Shown here piece after piece: positions 37,265-47,635 of a stretch of 64,000 bases of DNA. A program made the position numbers and the translations under genes. This stretch comes from Fimbriosthenelais zetlandica (taxonomy: Eukaryota): NCBI GenBank assembly GCA_977030845.1, contig OZ365119.1:6696001-6760000 (forward strand). Reading direction: 5' to 3'. Numbering within the stretch: the stretch's first letter is position 1; each line of letters begins with the position of its first letter. The notes below the pieces were generated by a model. It was not told where the DNA came from, made no database searches, and saw only the letters and a list, made by a program, of their open reading frames with translations.

Positions 37265-37363
37265 TTAAGAACAGACACAGTGACTCGGTGGACAGAAGCC
37301 TGCTCCACAGTTAATCCGGCACCATCTGTGCATCCCATCAACAGGACGCCAAACTCCTGTAGC
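37265..37363 (-). CDS. LPMO exon 6 (Cys-rich C-terminal module)
   Basis: Acceptor tttcctctttcacag|; ATGVWRPVDGMHRWCRINCGAGFCPPSHCVCS-stop. Not in the ORF track because it is shorter than 60 aa. Confidence 0.85.
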   Translation of the reverse strand, partial: ATGVWRPVDGMHRWCRINCGAGFCPPSHCVCS

Positions 37364-39965
37364 CTGTGAAAGAGGAAAAAATATATAAATTATATATCCA
37401 AAATACAATCCTATATCGTACTGGACACCCCTTTTCATGAGGGCTTGACCCTGCTGGCTCTAGCCCCAGCACCTCCCTGCCCTTCCAGTGTCTGAGAAAG
37501 CCTGGGGACCCCTATTTTTTTTGCCATAAGCATTTTGGTATGCTACAAGACTGGACATGTGTATAGGCTTCAACGACCTCACCAACACCTTAAGGGACTA
37601 CCGAACGTAAACAGTTGGACTTTCAAAAAAACATACTCTGCATTGTGACTGTCCCTGTGGGGGCGGAGGTCTTCTCCTTCTTGTAGTAGTTGTTGTTGCT
37701 GTTGTTGGCGATGTTCTTGTTGTTGCTGTTGTTGGCGATGTTCTTGTTGTTGCTGTTGTTCTTGTTGTCTTTCTTGTTGAGGATGTACTAGTTTCATCTG
37801 GGGTGTCATCGCTTTGTACGATTGTTGGATCGTCTGGCACATCCCCGGCATCAAGGGCTGCAATTTTGACGTTCGCACAACCATAGAACTCTTCTTGCTC
37901 TCCGCAGCCTATGCAACCTCTACCACCCCGGTCCACACCCCAACTGTTGCCTGGATTAAAAAATATATCGATTACAGAAGGAGTGCCATAGATCTATACA
38001 TTGCTCGTGGTATTTCTTCCATGTGCATCATTAGGGGCCATCAACACTGGATCCCTACAAGCAGAAGCGTCCATTTTGGGGCAGCCTCTTGGGCTCTAAA
38101 GAAGTCGTACATTTTCCCAAGTTTGGCTTTGAATTGAGGTCGTAGAGGGTTTCTGGGCTCTTGCCCTCCTATTGACACAGAACCTTTGAAGGCATTCTGT
38201 CATGGATGCCATTCATGGGATGGAGAAAAATGTTGGCTTGCAGAAAGATTTTGGCTTGCATATATATTGATATTTTGTGATTCAACAGGATTTGGCAATT
38301 CGTTTCTGCAAGCCAACTGGGATTCTGAAACCCACCCACTATATATATACTCACCAGCATGATATTTCCATTGGAGAACACAGTAGTCACAGGACATCCA
38401 TTTTGGCAACCTCAGGTCAAAACTGTGAAGGCCAGTACCTGGATTCCGCTGAAAGAAAGGTGGAAATAATCTAGATAAGACATCCACGAACGAACACCTC
38501 AAATAGTGAGGTGTTCCATAGCCCCCTGATACAACTCCCTCTTTTCAGACAACACTTCCATTTTGTTGTCAACACTTTTTCACAGTCCCAGGTTGTCTTG
38601 AGGTGTTGTTGCCTATTTGAAGCACTGTCTGTGACAAATTAGCAATTTGTCACAGTCTGTTGAATGTTTTTCGGTTGCCTCTGATTATAGGTTTCGATTT
38701 AGTACTACCAACCAAACTTTTTTTCTCAGTCCCAAGTTCTTGAATTTTTGCATGAACAATAGAAGGTTTGTCAGGTCTAAAGTGAAGTTTAAGTGACACA
38801 TTTGGGAGAAATAGGACTTTGTACTCACTATTCTGGCACCTTGATTGTTGGCCTGTACTAGGAGATTCCTGTTGAGACATTCATGTGTAACATCACCAGA
38901 GCCCTGAGTGTCGCACAGACGGAACTCAAACCACCCTTTGTGGTACGCCGTGATCTGTACTTCCACAGTGATTACCTAGTGTGAAAATAGGAATTTAAGT
39001 CACAAAATGGCGAACAAAATCAAAATAAATGTTGTGTTTAGTATTGCCAAACTTGTGCGGTGACTGGCATTTTTTTTAATAAAGATTTTCACCCCTACTT
39101 CATGTAATTTTAACCTTTTGCCATCCTTTGGTTACACAATTATGATAGAAATGTAAGGAAATGAAGACACATGAAATGAAGAAATCTATACACGTCATTT
39201 TATGTTATTTCCATCCAGGAATAACCACAAATAGAATTTCTGGAATCAGGACAGAGCCAATGACCTAGATTTCATTTTACAAGACCTAGGTTTCAGCCTA
39301 AATGGCCTCAATGACAAAATATTTGGGGGAGAAAGAAGTGATGCGCTAGATAGCAACACTGGGGGAAGAGTGGAGGGAATGTCTTTTGACCTTTGGACTA
39401 TGTTTGTTGATCCTGTGAATGTAATATTGAGTACCTACCTCTCCTTGTTTATAAGTCCGGGCTATGGTGTCTGTGTAATACTTGCCGTCTGGTGCCTCAT
39501 GGTCCCTTGGTCCGTCAAAAGGATCCCCACACACACCACACTTCCCTCCTAGGCTCTTTTGACGCTAAAAATTAAAAATTCTGATTTTATTTCTGACTGA
39601 AAATGACTTTCTCATTCTGGTATGATACATTTTCAAAGTATGGAAATCAGTGGTTTTCTTATTCTGATATCATAGCTAAGTTTTGATATTATAGAATGAC
39701 AAATGAATTCGAAGAACTTTTATGAAAAGCCCAATGCATCCAGAAAGCATTTACTAGATTGACTGAATTGATTTCAAGTTTCTTTATTGAAACTTACTTG
39801 AAATCCACCACAGTAAAGCTGATTGTCATTATAATTTTTTTCCTCATTTGGAAATTCCCTGAATCGCCACATGGTGGATCGTGCGGGAGGGTCCCAAAGA
39901 CGTCCGTGACCTTTGACCCCCATGGCAACGACCAAGAGGGTCAGCACCTTCAATATGAGCATCAT
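37265..39965 (-). CDS. Secreted AA15-type LPMO (chitin-binding type-4 domain), 6 exons: 39965-39798, 39564-39439, 38975-38829, 38448-38355, 37950-37637, 37363-37265; 315 aa
   Basis: Signal peptide MMLILKVLTLLVVAMGVKG is followed directly by H1 (HGRLWDPPARSTMWR). Also present: NYNDNQLYCGG, CGVCGD, TAYHKGWFEFRLC, CVLQWKYHAGNSWG, GCGEQEEFYGCA, all typical of arthropod/mollusc AA15 LPMOs. All introns GT-AG, phases 0,0,0,1,0; 948 nt. Confidence 0.92.
37637..37950 (-). CDS. LPMO exon 5 (end of catalytic domain, Thr-rich linker)
   Basis: Acceptor tttaatccag|, donor AGA|GTATGT; NSWGVDRGGRGCIGCGEQEEFYGCANVKI then a TT(A/R)T-rich linker. Confidence 0.88.
38355..38448 (-). CDS. LPMO exon 4
   Basis: Acceptor tttctttcag|, donor G|GTGAGT (phase 1); RNPGTGLHSFDLRLPKWMSCDYCVLQWKYHAG. 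Confidence 0.9.
38829..38975 (-). CDS. LPMO exon 3 (second copper His)
   Basis: Acceptor cacactag|, donor ATA|GTGAGT; VITVEVQITAYHKGWFEFRLC...GARI. Confidence 0.9.
39439..39564 (-). CDS. LPMO exon 2
   Basis: Acceptor tttttag|, donor GAG|GTAGGT; RQKSLGGKCGVCGDPFDGPRDHEAPDGKY...KQGE. Confidence 0.9.
39798..39965 (-). CDS. LPMO exon 1 (signal peptide, His1)
   Basis: ATG at 39965; donor CAA|GTAAGT; encodes ...VKG|HGRLWDPPARSTMWR...CGGFQ. Confidence 0.92.
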
Positions 39966-41869
39966 ATTCTCTAGCTGAAAAATGACCATAAAAACATTAA
40001 AAATATAGCCTACCCCAAAACGTGGTTATTTCTCGTGGGATATGATCAAATTTTATGTCCTTAAGCAGCTCTTTTGCCTTTTCATTCGCAGGCTCTCTAT
40101 GTTCTTGTTTCTTTGTTTGTCTTTTTACAAGGTCTCTCAAATGTTTGGATTTAGATATCTGGGCACCCATTCTAGTACATGACACTGTTATACTTGGTTA
40201 ACTCTTAAATCCATGTTTCATGTCAGAGATTGTTTAGGTCGTGATGCAAACACTTTTAATCTTTATAAGCGCCCGAGTATGTGTCTATACACAGTGGTAC
40301 TTCACTATTACGGTCACGTTTGATTCCAAGTTTTCATGGTTTTTATGTGAGTTGACTTATGCAGTCAACCATTGAATACCAGCTGCTATGTGAGATATTC
40401 GCTATAGTGAGATGACTGTTATACAAGATTTCACTGTATATGGTGTATTATGTCAATACCCGGAAAGTTGAAGTAACTTGTACAAGGAAGTTTAAATATA
40501 TTATTCAAATATTGTCGATAGATCACACTATATTTGCACTAACTTGGAAACTTTCCACTGAATTTTCAACATTAAAAATGTCGACCATTTTCACTACAGC
40601 CCACTCAACACTCTGGAGTGATGAATCGCCCATAATCTGAACATTATTTTGCTTGGTTTTCATCCCTTTTCACTAAATAATTTTTAAAAAACCACAGAGG
40701 AAATATAAGGGACTTACCTACAAAATGGGATATGAAGTACTAGTCCTTCCTTCCCCCTCATCAGCCAAGTCTTTGGTCCAGGACTCTGGGTGCACGACTA
40801 CTTTAAAGTGGTCGTGATTCTTGCGGAAGAGGGCCATATAGAGAGATTGGAGGGGTGGTAGGGTAAGAGTGTGGGGAGGTGGGGGGGGGGGGGGGTGCAG
40901 AGGGACGCCTTTCCTTGTACATACATATACCTAAGACGTAAAAGAGGACCCTGGAACAAGAATTAATATTTCCATGCATTTACAAACCAAATTAACCTGT
41001 CAACCAAGTCGTGATTCTATTTCCACAGATATTTATTACTTGTAAAACAGGCATTTGTTATTGTAAAAATGAATATATATTTATTCATATTCAGGAAACT
41101 ATAGATTTATAAGTAATCATGCCTTCTGATCTAATGCACTTTGGGACACTTGGGAAATTGTCGAAATTTCTTTTGATTTTTTGATCATTATTATCAGTAA
41201 ATAATGAGAAATCATGAACCAAACATGACAAGTATTCAGCCTTTCCTTTATATTGTGTCAGCTTTAAGTGTGAAACATGCGTTTATCATCCACTGGCCTC
41301 ATTCCCCTTACTGTCACGGTGTGTGAACTCGGAGTGTCACGACCACTTTTATACAAAACTACTACTGCTATATACGCACGACCAGGAACCCGCTCCAAAA
41401 ACCCCCTTTATGACGAGTGTATTCAAGATCTTGGAAGTTGGTGGGGGAAGTCCTGTGTATAATAAGGAAACAGGGGGCAGACTTGTGACCCAAATAATTA
41501 CTATATGAGCAACAAAATTATCTCCAACGCGGATTGGTCTCAGGCCCTGCATTCTATGCCCCCGTGGATTCACCTCTGTGTACTATCTTGTTCGTGAACA
41601 CATGACATTGTGTCAAAGTACAGAGTTGTATGATCTCATACCCAAACATATGTCACAAGACATAGGAAATATATAGAGAAATACAAAAACCAACAACTGC
41701 CAACTTACCCAAGATATTTTAGTTCATTGAATCACTCGAATCATTATGCTAAAGTGGATATCACCAAAGTAAATATAACAAATAACCTTTCTATGATTGA
41801 TTCAGAAGTCTACTAAATGTGAAAGTTACAAATTGTCGACGTTACTTTGCTAATGTTCCGTTGTGAAAC

Positions 41870-41937
41870 AGGGCCCTGCCTCCAAAAGGAACATTCGCAA
41901 TGATAAGTCTATGGCTAATATATATTTTGAAACAAGC
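41870..41937. mobile_element. MITE fragment of the same family as 61405-61471
   Basis: GCAATGATAAGTCTATGGCTAATATATATTTTGAAAC matches the 61428-61465 internal sequence; adjacent TTGTGAAACAGGGCCCTG terminal-repeat-like end. Confidence 0.45.
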
Positions 41938-42488
41938 AAGATTGAGAAACTGAGATAATGAACTAAAGAATGGTGCGCTTAATTCTTAAAGGATCCAAAA
42001 AGATCCAAAATGAAATGCCACCTTGAGAGAGGTACTGCAGCCAGGTGATCATAGTGTCGCCACATCTCACGAGATGGCATCAGTATCGCAGCAGTAGCAG
42101 CACCCCCTCATATGTGCATGGTCAGAATGGCAGTCCTCCCACCATACATAACAGTGGTCAAAAATACATACCATATCCCTACCTGACCACCCTCCCAGAG
42201 ACCACAATATCCACAGCCAAGCCAAGTCCAAGGTAAGACAGCCATTCACACATTACCTGACAATTCTAGTTAAAACCCTTGTCTGGGATGGACTGTAGGA
42301 GGGAGAGGAGGGTAGTGAAGGGGGAAGAGAAGGAGGTAGGGAGGCTGGAAGCAAGGAAGAGTCGGGAGGGGCTGCTGGGGACAGCATTTGGCATCACATA
42401 TGCTGGGCTCACTGCAGACAGCGGTAGGTCTCTACTAGTAGTAGTACGGTACTCTAGTAGTATGGCATGGGGCCCATGACTCAGGTGA

Positions 42489-42624
42489 NNNNNNNNNNNN
42501 NNNNNNNNNNNNNNNNNNNNNNNNNNNNNNNNNNNNNNNNNNNNNNNNNNNNNNNNNNNNNNNNNNNNNNNNNNNNNNNNNNNNNNNNNNNNNNNNNNNN
42601 NNNNNNNNNNNNNNNNNNNNNNNN
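42489..42624. other. Assembly gap (136 N)
   Basis: Run of N, followed immediately by a CT/CTGT low-complexity tract (42625-42765). Confidence 1.
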
Positions 42625-44358
42625 CTCTCTGTCTTGTCTCTGTCCCAGTTTCTCTGTCTCTTTCCACTCTCTCTTTCTCTTTCTCTCTCTGACAGTCTCA
42701 TTTCTCTATCTCATCTCTCTCTGCCTGCCTGTCTCTGTCTCTTTCCCTTCTCTTCTCTCTGATTCTATCTAAAAAAGCGTATTACAAAACTCATGTTAAT
42801 TGATGGATAAGTCATCTGGGTATAGACGTTTTTTCTGTTGAAATACATTATGTATGTTGAATTCACTGCAAAATGCCTGACCATACCCTTTACAGTGACT
42901 GTATACCTATATATTTGGCATGTCGTTAGGTATATTTGGCTTTGGGTTGTTATGTATATTACATGGAAAATACATTTGCACGAGTGACTGAATTGGATGC
43001 ATTGCAAGCAGTTCCATACAATATACATGTGTGGGAAGAATTCAATATGGCATTACACAATCGAAACCATGCGTGCTCTCCATTGCAGTTTTGCATCTTC
43101 CTTGCAGCACTTTCATCATTCGGGACAATGTGCATGAATAAGTGAATAGGCATGATGGTTTCGATCTAGTCCACCTGTGGACAAATTGAATCCATTGTCC
43201 ATTTTCATGGTGCATACTGATTTGATTTTATGCTTTGTTAAGGAAAAAAGGGTACTACACACTATGCTCCCGAAATCGGTTAAGTGGGACAAGAGTCTAT
43301 CATTTTCCGTAAACACTTCATAGGAGGTATATATCTTGGGCTTACCTAACTATTCCATATCAAATGAGTGGAGTTTGCATATGTTGGCATCCACAACATC
43401 TGTTGGCATCGTTTGCATATGCTGACTCTTCCCCAATTAATCTTTCCATGGATGTTGAAATCCCATTGAAACATGTTAAAATACCTCCATTTGGCACCCG
43501 AAAATTAATCCAATTCAGTTCGAATTCCACAGTGAGCTATGAAGGAAACTGGATGGAATTGTCTTAGAATTCAAATTAGTGTTGAAGGCAACTGTAAAGA
43601 GTATGTATGTAAAGTGTAATGTGGTCGTTTGAAAAATTAAATTAAATTTTATTGACATTCTACTAAAACATACAATTCACAGCTGGCCATTATAAATTGT
43701 TGGAGGGACTAACATAGTTTAGTCTTTTTGTCTAATTACGTTCGGAATTAGAAGATCGAGGAAAAAAAGAAAAGAATGATTAAGAAAAACACATTAAATA
43801 TATATGTCTGTTGATATAGGTCTGTTTATATCCAGGCCCGAAATGAGTCTTTTTTTCATTTTTTCTCTTGTCATCTGCAGACCTAGATCATTCGTTGCAT
43901 GTCTCTGACAATTTTAAGTAGGGATTCTTTTCGATATAATGACTCTATTGGTGGTCTCATGTAATATCCCACTTAAGGCCACGAGAAATCTCATTTGGTT
44001 TTTGTTCGAAAAGAAATCCTGCATGTACATTTTATTAAAGATGACATATTTGTTGGAACATTTAAAAATCGTGATAAATAGATAATATTAACAGATAATT
44101 GCTACACAGAATCTTGAATTATGGAACACTGTTGGTAATTATATTTATGAAACATACCCATTTCATAAGGCCGAAATAGTGGTTATCTACTTGTTGGCGG
44201 TCTTGTTAATGTATTTTCATCATTAATTGATGTCTTATGTATATAATGACAATTAATGTGACCTTAGGGTTGCTAATTAGCAAACAGGTATACGATTACC
44301 AACAATATGGTTATATCAAAAGTCCCAGTACAGGTTGTATGATGGACTATAATTACGT

Positions 44359-44860
44359 AATCATGTTGCATATTATCATGATTCATGTTGCATATTATCA
44401 TGATTCATGTTGCATATTGTCATGAATCATGTTGCATATTGTCATGAATCATGTTGCATATTGTCATGAATCATGTTGCATATTGTCATGAATCATGTTG
44501 AATATTATCATGATTCATGTTGCATATTGTCATGAATCATATTGCATATTATCATGAATCATGTTGCATATTGTCATGAATCATGTTGAATATTATCATG
44601 ATTCATGTTGCATATTATCATGAATCATGTTGAATATTGTCATGAATCATGTTGAATATTATCATGAATCATGTTGCATTATTATCATGAATCATGTTGC
44701 ATATTATCATGATTCATGTTGCATATTGTCATGAATCATGTTGCATATTGTCATGAATCATGTTGCATATTGTCATGAATCATGTTGCATATTGTCATGA
44801 ATCATGTTGAATATTGTCATGAATCATGTTGAATATTGTCATGAATCATGTTGCATATTG
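44359..44860. repeat. 22-bp minisatellite, ~23 copies
   Basis: Unit TCATGAATCATGTTGCATATTG with minor variants (ATT/AAT, GCA/GAA, TTG/TTA). Confidence 0.95.
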
Positions 44861-45801
44861 AAGCATTTCTCCCGTGAGCCTCTATTCGAGTCACATGAGA
44901 AGTCATAATGAACTATACAATATTTACCATACTCATCCCACTTCTCATTTGGATTACTGCACTCAGGAGACGATTTCTCTATATCGACCATGTTAAGGCG
45001 CTCACACACTAATCCGATTCGCTATCCGCCTCTATCCGATAGGTGTCCGATACTGTATTTCTGTTCACACCCAATGCTTGTAATATTAACAGTCTGTTAC
45101 ACCTCACCTAAGGGTAGCAACTGACACAATTTCAATCATTGGATGTCATCACAAATGGGAGATCGGATGGCGAAGGATTGAAGAATCAGATTATAGCCTG
45201 TGGGTACCTTTAATCTGGTCCTATTTTTCTTTCTTGTATTGTTGAATTTAACCCCATAGATACCGCTTTCTGTTTTCCCATGCAGTGATGGTTGCATTTA
45301 GGATGGAACACTGTGTATAATTATATTGCATATTTTTGCATAGTAACTATATATGTGTCCATATTGTTCATGAGGGCATGCGGGGGCCGCATGCCAGACA
45401 CTGCTTGACACTCATTTTCCATCCCTCGTTCCCACCCACGCATTCGAACCGCCAACCAACACTACTATACTGCCTTTCATGAGATTACAAAAAAGAGAAA
45501 TCCATGAAATTGCTTCTCGGGAATTCATTAAAACTACTTAATAAAGACATATGATATAGGATCATATATATATGGATGCTGAGTTTATTAGATCAAAACA
45601 CCTAAAAAGGTAATATTCTCCTTTGCCAATCTTACATTTCATATCCTTGAAGTAATTCATAACTGGAGATTGATGAAACACAATCCATTGATTTCTTTTT
45701 GTGATTTTGAATTTGGAGCAGGCATAATAATGGCCTACAGTGAACGAGGTACTTCAATGCGCAGTCTAGCAATTATACCTACATAAACAGGCTCAAATTA
45801 A

Positions 45802-46005
45802 AGCCATGTCTCCACTGCTGCGATTTTGCTTGTGACACCTCTGAAACAAAAGGTGATACTTTTGTTCCTATGACAAATTTACCATCGGAGGACGGCTTTA
45901 TAGGCATTGGATACTTGGACACCGATGTGTAAATCTTATTCCTACACAAGCATTCCTTTGTCGCAGTAGTGTCGCAAGCAAAATCGCAGCAGTGGAGACC
46001 AGGCT
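45802..46005. mobile_element. PIF/Harbinger-type MITE (TAA target-site duplication)
   Basis: ~37-bp near-perfect TIRs AGCCATGTCTCCACTGCTGCGATTTTGCTTGTGACAC / GTGTCGCAAGCAAAATCGCAGCAGTGGAGACCAGGCT, flanked by TAA on both sides (45799-45801, 46006-46008). Confidence 0.8.
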
Positions 46006-46492
46006 TAAGTAGATGTAATAACACCACCTGTCAATAATTCAATACCCAATGCTACATCAAATTGTAGCCTATCTGAGGGGGCCCTTATTCTTGTTTATCA
46101 CTTTGCTTTATATTCTTCAATCCGGTGAAAATTGAAGAGATAACAGAAAAGACTACTCATAAATTGTTCATATCATCTTTATTGAGATGTTATCACACTG
46201 AAGGTCAACAAATCGCCTTTAAATATCTAACCTTTTCAATACTATTCAACCTGTTTCTTAATTGGTTTATCTCCCTAATGTAAAACAAGCACAGGGACCG
46301 ATTTGGGAATTTGGAAAGGTGGGGGCCCAAAAAACTATTATTTTGAGCTATCAAAAGAGGAGTGTTAGGAATCCCTTTCCCTTGATCTACCTCTGAGAGC
46401 ATTAATCTATTTCTGGATCCTTTGCAGTATTTTCACACCACACGCACCTTGATGTCTGATGTGATTCCGATTTACATTTTCTCCTCTTACAG

Positions 46493-46657
46493 AGAGACCA
46501 GACGTGCATGGATATCAAACGTCAACGATGATTAAAGGCAACGTCAGCAGCACGACGTCGTCGCCCCCAGCGTCTCTAGTCCGCCCTCACCTCCCTCATC
46601 TGCTTGCACTGTGTGCCAACCAGTAACATTTCTACGACTTTATATCGGCAGACTATG
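46493..46657 (+). other. Probable 5' UTR exon of FAM234, containing uORFs
   Basis: Strong acceptor ttttctcctcttacag|, CpG-richer than its flanks, donor ATG|GTATGG at 46658. No in-frame link to the FAM234 CDS was found. Confidence 0.5.
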
Positions 46658-47088
46658 GTATGGGTTTGTGTAGTAGGATTCCTGCATGGGTTAGCTCTAG
46701 TTTTGGAGTGATATGGATGAGAAAAGGACATGAAAAGGCTTGGAAACAGATTTAGAATCTTCCTTTTATCATGTAGATATATTAAGCTGCCGACATGGCA
46801 CCAAACTCATTCAATCATCCGATTTACCATCCTTTCAAGTGAATTTATGTTGAGAACACTGATTAAAATGTCCATAACCTCCAAGGAAGTGAATTTCCGG
46901 TGAGAACACTACTTAGGATGTCCATAAAACCTCCCAGCTGCGAAATTCTCATGAGAACTCTGACGAACTGCAGGCTGGATGATGAACAAAAAAAACACTC
47001 CTCCCCATTAGGGGAAATGCCTGAAATGGGGATGTTTTGAACCTTACACCTTTGATGCACAGAGCTTCCTTATATAGCCAGTACAGCC

Positions 47089-47635
47089 ATGATGATGTCG
47101 GATGGGGAGGCGGAGTCGGGAGACCCGGCCTACAGTCTCCTCCAGCTGCCGACCACCACTTACAACGACATCTACCAGTCATCCGACGATGACATGACAA
47201 CAACAGACGATGACGTCATGGGAACATACATCGATGAACTTCCGCCTGATCAGGTGTCTAAACCATTAATGCACCCAAGACAACGACCAACTGTACGAGT
47301 GAAAACCCAACGAATCGCCGCCAAAACATGGCATCGGCTCTTCTGGCCATTGGTGTATATGTTCATTTTTATAGCCTCCCTGGCGGCTTTTGTCTGCTTG
47401 ATTATCTACATAGTTAATGTGTATACGAGTGAACTGTTTGAGGTTGATATGGGTGGTGGGGGTGTGGGTGGGGGTAGGTTGAGGGGAGGGGATGTGGGAG
47501 GTGGTGGGTGTGAGGATATAGAAGTGGAGGATGTGTGGGTGGTTGGTCATCCTAAGTTACTGACTGAATCAGCCTTCAGATTAGTGGATGTAAACGAGGA
47601 TGGTGTTGATGATATTATCATGGGATTCGCTACGG
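47089..47635 (+). CDS. fam234b: FAM234 coding exon 1
   Basis: ATG 47089; TM segment; donor G|GTAGGT at 47636 (phase 1). Confidence 0.85.

Noticed and set aside
37579-37884. Poly-Gln ORF on the minus strand
   Set aside because: Alternative frame of the LPMO Thr-rich linker (ACA repeats).
40014-40840. Coding join of the 40718 exon-like segment to the MGAQISK exon
   Set aside because: The required phase-1 frame contains a TAG shortly before the donor.
42045-42236. 63-aa ORF ending at a strong AG|GTAAGA donor
   Set aside because: No good acceptor or start, no domain, and no downstream partner exon could be identified.
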